From assembly GCF_009914755.1 (NCBI RefSeq), contig NC_060935.1: 64,000 nt of DNA; one strand, given 5' to 3'. The position numbers and the translations under genes are program-made. Under the pieces are notes generated by a model that was given only the letters and a program-made list of their open reading frames with translations, was not told the DNA's origin and made no database searches. Of the stretch, positions 39,224 to 53,862 are shown piece after piece (within the stretch, counting starts at the first letter, position 1; each line of letters starts with the position of its first letter). The DNA comes from the human T2T-CHM13v2.0 reference genome, Homo sapiens.

Positions 39224-42200
39224 GAAACTCCAGGCCACATGACCTGAGACTTTGCAGGGCCGGGCCAAGCCAGAAGCCCGCAGGGTGGGGCTCCAGTCTC
39301 TGTCCCTGCACAGTGCTCATGGTACCCTGAGAAGCTTCTGCTTCACTTCCCAGGTCTGCAACTCTCAGAGGTGTGGGGCTTTGAGAAAGCAATGGGCTCC
39401 CAGAAAGCAGCCTGATATTGAGGGGTCTAGCAAGCAGGTGGGGGCTTGGGAAGTTCATGAGAGAGATTTCCATAAGTGGAATGATGAGGGTGATGGGGGG
39501 CCTGGAAGTGCAAGGGCCCCTCATGACCAGAACTAAGAGGAGGGAATTGGCCTGGCAGGCATGGGGACGGGACAGAAGGCCACACTGCCTGGGGCCTGAG
39601 ACCAGAGAGAAGTCTTGGTGCTCAGATGCGGTTCTTGCTCTGCTCCTCTGGGTCTTCAACAGTGGCTCTGCAGAGAAGTCAGCTTTGATGCGAGCACTGC
39701 TTCCTAGCTCTTAAAAGCACTCAGGACTTAGTTCTCCTATGCCCTGAATCTCTGCTTCTACCTGCCCCTGTCCCCCACCCCAGTCCAGCAGTTCCTGGAC
39801 TAGAATCTTCCTGTGGCTCAGCCTGTGGACTTGGGTTTCCCCAGAGCTATCAAGTGTATGTGTAGCCAGGGCATCCAACAGGCTGACTTGAGCAGAATAC
39901 CCAGCCTGGTCTCCCTGTCAGAAGGATGCCAGCTCCAGCCTCAGCCATTGGGACCAGCTCTTCCACCAAGGGGACTTTATAGACATCTGTCACTTCTTCA
40001 ACTTTGATTCCTGTTGTGTCTCACCCTTAAGGGACTCTTACTTGGGTCTTACCTGGACTCAGATATGTACCATCTGCATTCCCTGGTGTCTGCATGGACA
40101 CTCAACCTGCCAGAGTCAACTCTGAGATTTGTGGTTTTGACAAACAGTATTCACCACTAAGGAAGGTCACCTCAACTTAGAGCCTAAGAAAGAAATGTCT
40201 GCTTGTTTCTAGGAGCCATTTAGATAGTTATGGAGCTAGAACGTTACAAAAATCTAATGCTTTTAAATAAAAATTTTCTAATATTTTTAAGCTCCCTAAA
40301 GAATTACTGGTTCACAAAGAAGCCTGCAAACCACAGGACCACGGTCATGAGGTAGGGAGAGACTGGGGCCCCGTTGACCTCTCTGCTCTGTGGCCCTCGA
40401 CAGGATGGAAGGAGCAGTGAAGTTTAAAAGAGTTACCGTTTGTCAACTGACATCACTTTCACTCAAATGACATCTCTGCTTGGTGCTCATTGTGTAGAGG
40501 TGGTGCATGGAACCAGAGTAAAACAGATAGCAGCTCTGCTGGCCTGGTGCATCCCAGGAGAAGTGGGAGCTGCAGTGAATCTCCCCAAGTTTCACCCAAA
40601 GTCCCCTCACCCCTCCCAGGTGAGAAGCAGCCAGGTGACACATTCCTAGCCTTATGTTAGTTGCATATCTTCTTTCTGATGCAGACAGGGAGACAGGACA
40701 GGGAAGAGCAGCATAGAGCACAGTCATTGTGGGTCCCCTAACACTGCCCACTCAGAATAACAAGGCGCTAATGAACCCTTCTTCAAAATGCCATCACTCC
40801 CAAAGAGCATGTTAAATATGTGAATTAGTATCAGGGGAGTCATTCATTGTCAAACCCTAGGGAATTTGCATATTTAGCTGATCCCTGGGAACTGGGCAGA
40901 GGTGGTTGGTACCGATATCCAGACCTCAGGCACCTTCTCTGATGATCAGAGATGGAGCTTTCCTACCATAACTTTGCTGCACGCTGGGGTCCTGGATCCT
41001 TCCAGGAATGTGAAGCAGAGGAGAAGGTATGAAATAGTCATCCGCAGTAGTGGGAGAGTGAATGGGCCAGACAGCACCAGAGCCTCACTGGACTGACTTG
41101 AGGTTAAAGGCCATGAATTTGGCCATCAAAGTGGAGGGTTTTTTTGGTTTTTTTTTGTTTTTTTTCCAGCCATGGTCAGCCATGCTTCTGAAGGTGGGAG
41201 TAGTAGGCAAAGAGTTGATCTTGGCTGGGCTTGCCGTTTACTGAGTAAGCCCAAAGAAGGGAGCTGTGAGTGTATGGCAAAGATTGATTATAACAAAGGG
41301 CCATGGAACTTAAACAGCATGCAATATGAAAAGATGTGAAGATAAATTCAGGTTGGATTCCCGACCTGTGAGTTGTGTGATGTTAGAAAAATTCCCTAAG
41401 TTCTCCAACTCTCTTTCCTCATCTGCGAGGCATCAAAGCACCCGCTTCCATGGGGTCGTTATGAGCATAAAGGATGAAGTCTGGGGGCAAGTGCTTCCAG
41501 TCTGTAAGGTGCCCTGGAAATGGTGGGTATGGCTTGGGGGTGTGAGTGTGGCATTACAGGCGGTTCATGTGCACGAATGTTGACTGGAGCATCCCCAGGC
41601 AGCACTGAGCTGGGGTCTGAGCTCCTGTGGTCACTCCGCTTTCCCTGGCTCCTCTCCTCCTGCAAAGCCACCTGGAGCTACCCCCTCCCTGGGAGGCCCT
41701 CATGGGCATCTCAGATGTTCTCACAAACACATCTGCTCTTGCTCAGCTTGGCTGCTGCTGCAATGGACCCCCCAGGTACTTTTCTGCTCTTCTAGTCAAA
41801 AGGCCAGCGATCAGAGCCTGGCCTTATGGCCCCTCAGGATGAAGTGGGGATGGAGTTCCTCCCAGGCACCTCCTCAGACTTCCATCAACAGGTTCAGAAA
41901 GGTCTGCCCAAACCCCTCAGGCTCTGTGCAGAGACACCTGCAGGGCTACCCCACCGTCCTCCAGGCCTACTTCTCTGTCTGTACGTGCCTTTGAATTGCA
42001 GGGCAGGAGTCATGCCTTTGCATGTGGCCAGCCAAGCCTCAGCTTCCTGTCACCTCCTCTCCTGCACCTAAGGTGCAGAGTCCTATGGACAAAAACCATC
42101 AAAAATGACCCTCTTCTGCCCCTGTGGAGTGACAGGCTCCAAGCCCACCCCCTGCACCTCCTGGTGCTCTCACCTAGGTCCCCCCCGGCTCTTCCCACCT

Positions 42201-43845
42201 GTACAGCAGCTATTTATTACCTCAGACCTCCACCCCAGCGCCTTTCCCCCTTCCCCTGCCCAAGGTGGATCACTGCACATGAATCCGGACTTCTCAGAGA
42301 TGTGTGTCCACTAACTATCCCCTCCCTCTTTCAGGGTTGCACCCCTCTCTGTGGGTGCCTTCCCACAGTGTCTCAATAAGCTCCAGACAATTCCATCAGT
42401 GTCTCAAGCTCACGTAATAAGCTCAAGTCTTGTCCACCTTAAAAATCAAAACCAAACCTCGACCTTTTCATTTCACCCAGCAGAGCAGTCTTCCTGTTCC
42501 TGGGGCGATGAGACAGACTCACCCACGCAGCACCCGGAGTTGGGACTTCAATTTATGCTGACACCTCCCAAGTCATTGACTCCTTCCCACATCTCTTCCA
42601 AACCACCATCCTACAGGCTGGTTGCCTGCTGGATGTGACTGCACAGACATCTTGCACGCACATCAAAACCTGGTTTCAAAACCAGGTTTCTCCCCTTTCC
42701 TCACATAAAAGCACCCCATCATACTTTCCCCAGCATGACCCTCTCGCTGGTGTACACCATCGTCCTCACCATTGCCAAGACCCCCAAGCCCTTCTCTGGA
42801 TTATTTCGTGAGCCTGCCATCCCACTCTGTGATTGCTGCCGAGGTCCCCTCTCACCTGGCCTGTCGGCCGCAGCGTCCTTGTGCCCTCCTTCCTCAGCCA
42901 GGGGCACGCTCAATCCCATCCTGCAGTGCAGAGGAAACAGGCAGCTCTCCAAATCCCATCAGGCCTCTCCCTGCTCAAAAGACATCGATGGCCCTTCAGC
43001 CACATAAGGATAAAGTGCAAGCTGCCACCTCTCCACACCCGCAGTCTGTGCTCCAGGGGCTGAGAACACCATTCAGCTCCTGGAAGGTATTGTGCCCTGC
43101 TCCTCCAGTCGCTTGCAGAAGCCGCTTGCCCTGCCTAACACTCTCACCTCCGCTCCTCCCTCTGCCCCTTCCTGCAGCCCTGAACTTAGATCTCACTTTT
43201 GCACTGGGACTCCTCCTCAGGACTTCCACGGCCTCATTCACATCACCAGTTACAGCATCATTCCCGCCTTAACTGCCAGTTCACCTGCCAGTCTCTCCCA
43301 CAGCCTGTGAGCCACATCGGCGAAGACGGCATCTCTTGTTTTGTGTAATTTTGACTCTCTGGTTAGTCCCAACAATTTGTGGAGTGCCTGCGTGGGTGTG
43401 TGGATGGCTGGAGCTCAGGCTGGTCTGATCCCCAGCAGGGACCCAACTTGCTTTCTCTAAGACACCCCGCAGCCCTTGCACAAATGTTCTGGTTTCCAGT
43501 CGAATGTGCCCTTCCAGCTCACCAGACACCTGTGCCAAGGTGGAGTTCAGCTTTTCTTCCCACAGAGTGAGCAGGGGCATGTGGCCACCCTTTACTTACT
43601 TTGATACAGTAATGGACTCCCTCCCATTGTAGCCATTCTCTTCCTTTTGTCCAAAACAAATTTCCTTCTGATGTGGCCCAATTTCAGCACTTCTCACTCC
43701 CCCAAGGCCCTTTTTCCATCAGTTATACCCCCAGCCTCTTCTCCTTCTCCATTTCCACCCTGCTTGAAAACATGTCCTGCATGCCCCTCTGAAAAAACTC
43801 CTAGGTGACCCTTTCATGCCCCCAAGTTGTTGCCTTATTCCTTAC

Positions 43846-44178
<333 letters not shown>

Positions 44179-44339
44179 TGACCTACATCTGCCACATCGT
44201 TTCTTCTTTGCCCACTTGATCTGCACAGCTGGCTGCAGCCCCACACTGCCAGGGCCAGCCTGTTCCTTCCCCTCATGCTGCTGGGTGGCTCCTAAAGGGC
44301 AGTGTGGGTGCATGGGTTGTAGGACTGTACAGTCGTAGA

Positions 44340-44480
44340 TTCAAATTCCAGCTGTGCATGTGTCTGGCTAAGCCACCTGGTGCTGGTCACTTTCTGTTTA
44401 TGAGCCTCGGTTTCCTCATCCGTAAACTTGGGCAGATAGTAGTTCCTCGCACAGAGTTGCATAGAATTAATGAAATAATG
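44340..44480 (+). mobile_element. MIR fragment
   Basis: ttcaaattccagctg...tgagcctcggtttcctcatccgtaaa...agaattaatgaaataatgcat. Confidence 0.75.
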
Positions 44481-45499
44481 CATTCATGTGCACACTATGT
44501 GTTCCCCATGGTCATCCTGACCCCGTTCTACTTCTTAAAGCCCTCTCCGTACTAGAACTTCAGTGACGCTGCACTAGCTCAGTGTGGCTTACAGCCTCTC
44601 TTTTGTCCCTCTTAACGCACTGAGGCCGGCTAACATTGATGGAACCCTTCCTATGAACCAAGCAACATCCCGCCATTTTACTTTATCAATTTATGTAGCT
44701 TTTGCTATAGATACTATAATAGTACCCACTTAACAGATGGAGGTATTAAGGCACAGGGAAGGTGATAATGACCCAGGAACACACAAGCAACAAGGGACAG
44801 AACAAATCCCGGCAGTTTGGCTCAAGCCCCCATGCTGTCTCCAGTTCTCTGAGTGATCCAGGGTCTTTGGCTTCTCTTTCCTCCTCAAGCAACTCTCTCT
44901 TTCCCTGATCATTTATTCACACAACTTGGTGCGTTTATTTCATAAATCTCAGTGCCCGACTCACTTCGCCCTTCTCAGTTTGCCCTAAACCCCCCAGACT
45001 GGCTGGCCACCTCCTCCTGACGCCCTGCCTTCATCTCAGGTCCAGAGAACCCAAACTTACGTTAAGCTCCTTCCTGTCTTTGAGGAATGTGATTCTGCAG
45101 CTCTATCAGCAAATTTCACTCAGCCCTACGAGGCAGTTTCTTGTGAGCTTGCCTGTGTCCTGTATTAGACAAGCTACCAGAAGACAAGACCCTGTCCTTG
45201 TGTGCCAATCTCTGCCTCCGGCATTGTAAAGGCAGATGAAACTCTCTCTCAGATCATATTCCCTTCCCATTTCTGTTTCTGCTCAGGGAGCTATTATGTG
45301 TACTTTCTTCCTGCCTCTGAAATTCTTCCCTTGCCTCATGCCACCTGACATCCGTCTCTCACATCCCATCCCCTCTGGTCAGGGCTGACTTCCAACCTTC
45401 TCAGATTCCTCACAGTTCCCCCATTCCAACTGCCAACTGTCACCCTGGCCCCAGCCTGTCACTGCTTGACCATCATGATGGCCACCCTACCTTCCCCTT

Positions 45500-48400
45500 A
45501 TTTTTATTTTTTAATTTTTGTGGGTACATTATAGGTGTCCCCCCATATATGTATTTACAAGGTCAGGAGATGTTTTGATACAGGCATGCAGTGAGTTACG
45601 ATCACATCATGGAGAATGGGGTATCCATCCCCACAAGCACTTATCCTTTGTGTTCCAAACAGTCTATTTATGCTCTTTCAGTTATTTTTAAATGTACAAT
45701 TAAATTATTATTGACTCTAGTCACCCTGTTGTGCTATCAAATACTAGGTCTTATTCATTCTTTTAAACTATTTTATGTACCCATTAACCATCCCTACCTA
45801 CCCTTCACACCCTCAGTATCCTTCCTAGCCTCTGGTAATTATCCTTCTACTTTCTATCTCCATGAATTCAATTTTTTTTTTATTTTTAGATCTCACAAAT
45901 AAGTGAGAACATGTGATGTTTGTTTTTCTGTGCCTTGTTTATTTCATTTAACATAATGATCTCCAGTTCCATCCATGTTGTTGCAAATGACTGGATCTCA
46001 TTCTTTTTTATGGCTGAATAGTACTCAATTGTGTATATGTACCACATTTTCTTTATCCGTTCATCTGTTGATGGACACTTAGGTTGCTTCCAAATCTTGG
46101 CTACTGTGAACAGTGCAACAACAAACATGACAGTGCAGATATCTCTTTAATATACTGATTTCCTTTCTTTGGGGTATATACCTAGCAGTGGGATTGATGA
46201 ATCATATGGTAGCTCTATTTTTAGTTTTTTGAGGAAGCTTCAAACTGTTCTCCATAGTGATTGTACTAATGTACATTCCCACCAACAGTATACGGGGGTT
46301 CCCTTTTCTCCACATCCTCACCAGCATTTGTTATTGTCTGTCTTTTGTATAAAAGCCATTTTAACTGGGGTGAGATAACATCTCATTGTAGTCTTGATTT
46401 GCATTTCTCTGATGATTAATGATGTTGAGCACGTTTTCATATGCCTGTTTGCCATTTGTATGTCTTTTTTCGAGAAATGTCTATTCACATCTTTTGCCCA
46501 TTTTTGATCAGATTATTAGATTTTTTTTTTCTCCAGAGTTGTTTGAGCTTCTTATATATTCTGGTTATTAATCCCTTGTCAGATGGGTAGTTTGCAAATA
46601 TTTTCTCCCATTCTGTGGGTTATCTCTTCACTTTGTTGATTGTTTCATTTGCTGTGCAGAAGGTTTTTAACTTGACGTGATCCCATTTGTCCATTTTTGC
46701 TTTGGTTGTCTGTGCTTGTGGAGTATTGCTCCAGAAATTTTTGCCCAGACCAATGTCCTGGAGATTTTCCCCAATGTTTTCTTATAGTAGTTTCATAGTT
46801 TCAGGTCTTAGATTTAAGTCTTTAATCCATTTTGATTTGATTTTTGTATATGGAAGGAGAAATGGGTCTAGTTTCAGCCTTCTGCCTATGGATATCCAGC
46901 TTTCCAGCATCATTCACTGAAAAGAGTGTCTTTTCCCCAGTGTATGTTCTTGGGGCCTTTGTCAAAAATGAGTTCAATGTAGGTGTGTGGATTTGTTTCT
47001 GGGCTCTCTATTCTATTCGACTGGTCTATGTGTCTGTTTTTATGCCAGTGCCATGTTGTTTTGGTTACTATAGCTCTGCAGTATAATATGAAGTCAGGTA
47101 ATGTGATTCCTCCAGTTTTGTTCTTTATCTCAGAACAGCTTTGGCATTCTGGGTATTTTGTGGTTCCATATAAACTTTAGGATTTTTTTTTTTTTTCTAT
47201 TTCAGTGAAGAATGTCTTGAAATAGACATTATTGGGTATTTTAATAGGGATTGCATTGAATCTATAGATTGCTTTTGATAGCATGGACATTTTAATGATA
47301 TTGATTCTTCCAATACATGAACATGGAATATCTTTCCATTTTTGGGGTATTCTTCAATTTCTTTCATCAATGCTTCATGGTTTTCATTACAGAGATCTTT
47401 CACTTGTTTGGTTAATTCCTAGGTATTTAGTTTTATGTGTGGCTATTGTAATGGGATTACTTTTTAAATTTCTTTTTCAGATTGTTCACTGTTGACATAT
47501 AGGCATGCTACTGATTTTTGTATGTTGATTTTATAGTCCTGCAACTTTACTGAATTTGTTTATCAGTTCTAATAGTTTTTTGTGGAGTCTTTAGGTTTTT
47601 CCAAATGTAAGATCATATCATCTGCAAAGAAGGATAATTTGACATCTTACATTCCAATTTGGATGTCCTTTATTTATTTCTCTCGTCCGATTGCTCTAGC
47701 TAGGACTTCCAGTACTATGTCAAATAGCAGCGGTGAAAGTAGGCACCCTTATCATGTTCTTGATCTTAAAGACTTTCAGTTTTTCCCCATTCAGTATGAT
47801 ATTAGCAGTGGGTTTGTCATATATGGCATTTATTATGTTGAGGTATGTTCCTTCTATACCCAGTTTTTTGAGGGTTTTTATCACGAAGGGATGCTAAATG
47901 TTATCAAAAGCTTTTTCAGCATCAGTGGAGTGATCATATGGTTTTTATCCTTTATTCTCTTGATACGATGTATCACATTGATTGATTTGCATATGTTGAA
48001 CGATCCTTGCATCCCAAGGATAAACCCCATTTGGCCATGATGAATTATCTTTCTAATGTATTTTTTAAGTTGGTTTGCTAGTATTTTCTTGAGGATTTTT
48101 TACATCGATATTCATCAGATATTGGCCCATAATTTTCTCTTTTGGATATGTCTTTTTCTGGTTTTAGTATCAGGTTAATACTGGCCTCATAGAACAAGTT
48201 TAGAAGTATTCCTTTCTCCTCTATTTTTTGGAAAAGTTTGAGTAGGATTAGTATTAGTTCTTTTTTCTTTCTTTTTTCTTCTCTCTTTTTTTTTTTTTTT
48301 TTTTTGAGACAGGGTCTCACTCTGTCAATTAGGCTGGTGTGCAGTGCCGTGATCTTGGCTCACTGCAACCTCCGCCTCCACCTTCTGGGTTCAAGCAGTT

Positions 48401-48960
48401 CTCCCACCTCCAGCTCCCCAGTAGTGGGACTGCAGTATTTTGCCACCACACCTGGCTAATTTTTATATTTTTTTTTGGTAGAGATGAAATTTCACCATGT
48501 TGGCCAGGCTGGTCTTGAACTCCTGACTTTAAGTGATCCACCTTCCTCTGCCTTCCAAAGTGCTGGGATTACAGGCATGAACCACCACACCTGGCTGGTA
48601 TCAGTTCTTCTTTAAATGTTTGGTAGAATTCAGCAGTGAAGCCACTGAGTCCCGGGCTTTTCTTTACTGGGAGAGTTCATTACAGCTTTGATCGCATTAC
48701 TTGTTGTTAGTCAGTTCAGGTTTTTTATTTCTTTCTGGTTCAATATTGGTAGGTTGTATGTGTCTAGGAATTTGTCCATTTCTTTTAGATTTTCCAATTT
48801 GTAGGCATATAGTTGCTCATAGTAGCCACTAATGATCCTTTGAATTTCTGCAGTATCAGTTGTAATGTCTCCTTTTTCATTTCTGATTTTATTTATTTGG
48901 ATCGTCTCTCTTTTTTTTTTTTTGTAGGCTGGCTAAAGGACTGTCAATTTTGTTTAGATT
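45500..48960 (-). mobile_element. L1MA-type element, 3' ~3.1 kb
   Basis: Continuous reverse-complement L1 ORF2 and 3' UTR (ccatccatgttgttgcaaatga, aagtcaggtaatgtgattcctccag, ctggcctcatagaa). Confidence 0.93.
48261..48596 (-). mobile_element. Alu (AluS/J) inside L1
   Basis: Reverse-complement dimer; TSD-like gtattagttctt / gtatcagttctt. Confidence 0.92.
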
Positions 48961-49814
48961 CGCTTATCTTTACCTTTGAGCACTAATTCTAATCTGACTG
49001 GTAGCAGCAAATGGTTATACAAAGATATGAGGGTATTTCTTGTGTTCCTTCTTTATTTTGAAATTGTGGCTCTGGGCTGCTGGCCTCAGATGGATTCCCA
49101 CAGCTGGATGTTCTCATTCCACAGGATCCAAATTCCAGCCCAGGCCTCAACCCTTCACATCTTGATAGTCACAGTAGTACCCATGACTCTTTCACAATTT
49201 AAGACCTTTACTGTATATTTGAAGATACAATTACAAAAATAAATCTGCATGCAAAATAAAGTGTGTCTTTTGGGAACAACAAAATGGGCCTATATAATCA
49301 ACCTCTCAGTTTAAAAATAAATGTTGAGTACCTCCTACATGCCAGTCACTGTTCTGTATAGAGCTGTGAACAAAATGGACAAAGTCCCAGCTCTCATGGA
49401 AATGATGTGTGTGGGTGCTGGAGTAGCATGAACAATGAGTACACAGATGACATGTCCATCCCTGAGTGGGCAGAGTTCTAGAAACTATCAAAAACTGAGA
49501 TGACCTGCCTGCGTGCTGACTTCTCTCTCCTTCTGGAAGTAAGCTTTGATGAAAAAGAACACGAACTAAAAATGTTACGAATGTTCAACACACCCATTCC
49601 TCCCTTTGAAGGCTAAGATGAATTGGATCAAATCTTGAGAGGAGTAATTTTAACTGCCATGTCCCAGGGAACAGCTCGGTCCCCAGAGGCTGCTCTTGTC
49701 TTCAGACCTTATCTTACCCAAAGCCTCTCCCAAAGAGTATCTGAGTTACAAAGAAAACAAGTTTTGCTTCAGCCCCTGCCATGGCCTAGCAGTATATTTT
49801 ACTACTTTTTGTCT

Positions 49815-50300
49815 CCCTAGATTTGCCTATTCTGGATTCTTCGTATAAATGGAATCATACAATAGGTGGCCTTTTGTGTCTGACTTCTTTTACTTAGCAT
49901 AATGTTTTCAAGGTTTATTCCTGTTGTAGCATATTCAGTACTTCATTCATTTTTATTGCCAAATAATATTTCATTGTATAGATATACCAAGTTTTGTTTA
50001 TCCACTCATTCACTGATGGACATTTAGGTTGTTTCTACCTTTTGATTATTAGGAACAGAGCTGCTATAAATATTATTAAAAACTTGCATGTATTTATGCA
50101 AGTTTTTGTGTGGACATATGTTTTTAATTATCTTGGGTATGTACCTAGGAGTAAAATTGCTGGATCATATAGCAACTCAATATTTAACTTTCCAAGACAC
50201 CAAGAATCTGTTTTCCAAATGGTTGCACCATTTTACAATCTGATCAGTAACGTATAAGGGTTCCAATTTCTTCACATCCTCACCAACATTTGTCATGAGC
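49815..50300 (-). mobile_element. L1MB-type 3' fragment
   Basis: ataaatggaatcatacaatag...ttagcataatgttttcaagg...tgatggacatttaggttg. Confidence 0.85.
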
Positions 50301-51899
50301 ATCTGCTCTTTTCTTCCCCAAATCATCTTTTTTCTCAGATCCCTCACTTTTTGCTCTGGCTCATAAAATACCTCTAAGTGTTGTTGAAATGCCAAGATTA
50401 ATTTGAATCAAAGCTTGGGCCCTCGCGTGGGGAAAGAGAACCCGACAAGGTTCCTGCTTTTGTATTTGCTCTTCTGACTCACGCCCACCAAAAACCTCAT
50501 TGCTCACTTTCCACATCAGGTATTCTTCATCAGATTCAAGCTCTGTTAGAGATTGTCTCTGAGAGACACCCACCATCTGTCTTTTTGAAGTCAAGCTTAT
50601 ATTTTCTGAACAAAAGAAAATCCAGCTTTAAGCTTCTCCAGCTCTGGTTAGCTTCATTCAGGACTCTTTCTCCTCTTAGTGTTTTACAAAAGACCTTGTC
50701 CAATGTTGAGCTATTTCCAATCTCTTTTTCCTAGTGTCTTCTTCTTTCTCTTTTCCTGTGTTTTTAATCTGCAGATTTTCTCCTTGCATTTGGTTGATTC
50801 TTCAAGCCTTGTGATTGCATCTTTATGTCTAGTCACTTCCTCGGAGACTTTGTTTTCTACGCTGGTACTTCCAAATAAGGTCTTTATTGCTCTAACTTAT
50901 CTTCATACTGCTAATATAATTAGAACTTCTTCGCTTTATTTAAAAATATCTTTAAACTGTTCCTCAGTGACTAGATATCATTTTATCTTGAAGACAAGAG
51001 GCTTCCCCAGAAGAAATTGACACCCTGCATTGCAGGCTTCCAGACCATTTTAAGAAAAACAATCCCTCCTAAGGTCTTTAGACAGGGGGTTCAGGATGAT
51101 GGAGACTGTACCCATGTCCAGCATAAAGGATGGAGGGGAAGGAATATTAACCAAAGCAGCCTTGATGCCAGGCCCCAGTCTGTTAAGAAGAAAATTTTTT
51201 GAAAGTTCCCCAATTCACATTGGAGCCACATTCAACATGCTTTATAGGTGTTGAAACAATCTCAGAGGGGCTGACTGACTGGGTCTGTCTGACTCTAAAG
51301 TTCTTTCTGTTGCAACTTGCTGCCTCCCCAAGTGAGACAATGGGAAGCTGAGCTCTAAGTTGTGGGGTTTCCACAATCATCATGAAATACCAACCAAATA
51401 TATGTATATATGCATATATAATGGTGTATGATATATATTGCATGATGAAAAGATGACTTTTTTTTTTTTTAAAGCTAAAAGTCCCTGAATAAATCTTACA
51501 GGGAAATTTTAAGAGTTCAGTGAAAAAATTAGTGTTTGTAAAATGCTTAACACAGAGCTTGGTCCACAGAAAGTGCTCAATAAAAGGAGCTGCTATATAC
51601 TATTATTAATAACTATTATTAATCCTCCTCATCATCATTGTCAAAACAAGGCTCGCAGACTTAAACTGCACATATGTTATAAGAAAAGGTGCTAAAACCC
51701 GAATCCTGGACTATTAGCTACATATGCTACTATCTTTCAACTAAACTGTACGGCTCTTACTGGGTAAATGTAGCCAAGTAAAACATGGTCTTCTGATTAG
51801 TGTAGGTAATATGTTCATTTTAAGATAGCGTCAAATCCATGATCAGTCTCCGTGCAGAGAACAAGCCCTCTCTGCGTTGCATTTGGGAAGGGGCCTCCC

Positions 51900-52500
51900 T
51901 TGCTGTTCTGCGGGGCTGGCTGGATCTTGTTCTCCTCTCCGAGTTGGAGGACCCCATTCCTGAGCAGCCGCTGGACGAAACCCGGCCCTGGGATCCCGCG
52001 AGGTCCCCGGGAGGCGCCTCAAAAGCCAGCCTGGAGCCCCGCAGCGGGGCGGAGGAGAATTTTGGGCCCGGGCTTGGGTCCCCGTACCCCGGGCATCACC
52101 TAATATCACCACCCCTCTCCCCGGGTCCCCACAAAGGCATCAAGCCAGGCCCCTCGTCACTGCCTCCACTGCGCCCTCCTGTCCCTCCTCCTTTCCTCGC
52201 CTTCGCGCGGGACGAAGTGGCCGGCGATGTCCCGAAAGCGGGGCGTCGGTGCCTCCCCCTCGGCGCCCCAGCTCGGCTCGCGGTGACCCTGCAGCCCAGG
52301 GCCGCAGCCAGGGACTCCCCACACCGAGCCTCCAAAGAGCCAGGCTTCGAAAGCTGCCCGTCCCTGTCAGCGCGGCAGGCGGTCCCGGAGCCAGGTCCCA
52401 GCGCCTCCCAAGGCGGGGGGAGGGGGCGGCCCCCACACCTGGACCCGCGGACACCTGGGCGGAACCCCAAGCCGCAGCGATAGAACGGCCCTTTGGAAAT
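51900..52500. promoter_or_regulatory. CpG-island-like segment (candidate promoter or enhancer)
   Basis: Abrupt GC-rich, CpG-dense non-repeat sequence (cgcgcgg, ggccggcg, gcgcggc) with GC-box-like gcggggcg and ggagggggcgg. Confidence 0.75.
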
Positions 52501-53554
52501 CAGATTACCTGGATCCTGGTTTTCTCCGCATTCATTTCCCTTCTTGTTCCCGAGTTCCACCAAGAGGAATTGAGTTCTGCCCCTTTCAGCGGCGCAACTG
52601 GGTTAACTGGGGAGCTCTGGACCCTATGATCTCGGCATCTTCATGGCCATGCTTATAACCCATGTTGCTTTGAGTTTACATGTCATCTTGGCATTTGCTA
52701 AGGTCCTATTCGAACTTTTCAGTCTTGAGGCAGACTCCTTAGAAGGAGTTAAGAGAATAGCAAGGGTAAGCAGTGCCCCTGTGTGGCCAAAATGGTGGTG
52801 GCAGGAAAACCAATGAGAAAACACAAAGGCAAATCCACGAATATGAGGGTCAGCTCTAGGTTTGGCCTCCCCTTTACAAGTTTCTTCTGCACTTTCCACT
52901 CCAGAAAGCCTGGCTTTGATTTTGTTTTGGACATGGCAATTTATACTCACTTTTTATCCGGTATTCTCTCACTTCATGTGGATTGGAGCCCCAGATGTGC
53001 CCAGTCTCAGATTCGAGTCTGTCCTAGCCATAGAACACCAGTTCCCTCAAGGAGAGAGGTGGAGTCAAGATCAGGACCAACAGGACATCAGAGTTCAGGG
53101 CTGTCTGATGAATTCAAGGAGATTCTTATTTAATCCATTCTCCATAGGAAACATCGACTCCTGGAAGAAGTTGGTGTGGGCTGCCTGGGAAAGGAGGTTT
53201 AGCATCATATGTGGGCTGGTGGTGGTGTGCTCTGGCTAACTTAACATCAAGGGATAGGGAGGTTCTGTCCTCAGACCCAACTGAGTTCCCATCATCCCCC
53301 ACACCATGCCACCCATCAGTGAGTACAACCTGTAGGGATGCCCTGGAGGCCAAACTTCCCCTAAGTGCTGGGCTTTCAGCTTCTCTTCCCAGAACATCAG
53401 ACTGACTTAGCTTTGGAATAACTTGGAATTGCAGACTGAGCATTCTGAGAATTCTGGTGATGTTGCAGGGTAACCTGAAATGGGCTGCCCTCCAGTGGGG
53501 TTATTGGGCAGAGTAAGGGTCAGGATGGAAGTCTGCCACTTTAGCTGAGGCCAA

Positions 53555-53862
53555 TTTATTATTCATTTATTTATTTATTTAGAGACAAAGTCTCGCTCTG
53601 TCACCCAGGCTGGAGTGCAGTGGTGCGATCTCAGGTCACTGCAACTTCCACCCACCAGGCTCAAGTGTTCTCATACCTCAGTCTCCCGAGTGGCTGGGAC
53701 TACAGGCATGCACCACCACGCCTGGCTAATTTTTGTATTTTTAGTAGAGACAGTGTTTTGCCATGTTGGACAGGCTGGTCATGAACTCCTGGCCTCAAAT
53801 GATCCACCAGCCTCAGCCTCCCAATGTGCTGGGCTTACAGGCATGAGCCACCGCACCCAGCC
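53555..53862 (-). mobile_element. Alu (AluS/Jb)
   Basis: (TTTA)n tail and reverse-complement dimer. Confidence 0.93.

Noticed and set aside
40845-40875. SOX-like CATTGTC near octamer ATTTGCAT as a pluripotency composite site
   Set aside because: Spacing and orientation do not fit the SOX2-OCT4 composite; such short motifs occur by chance in 64 kb.
41300-43600. Dense cluster of ORFs in a moderately GC-rich region
   Set aside because: No homology recognised; overlaps MIR- and L2-like decayed repeats and low-complexity C-rich sequence.
45591-48541. Many 65-150 aa ORFs
   Set aside because: Sense and antisense fragments of decayed L1 and Alu.
51839-52483. 214-aa ORF and overlapping ORFs across the CpG island
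   Set aside because: Pro/Gly/Arg/Ala-rich with no recognisable domain; long open frames on both strands are expected in GC-rich DNA.
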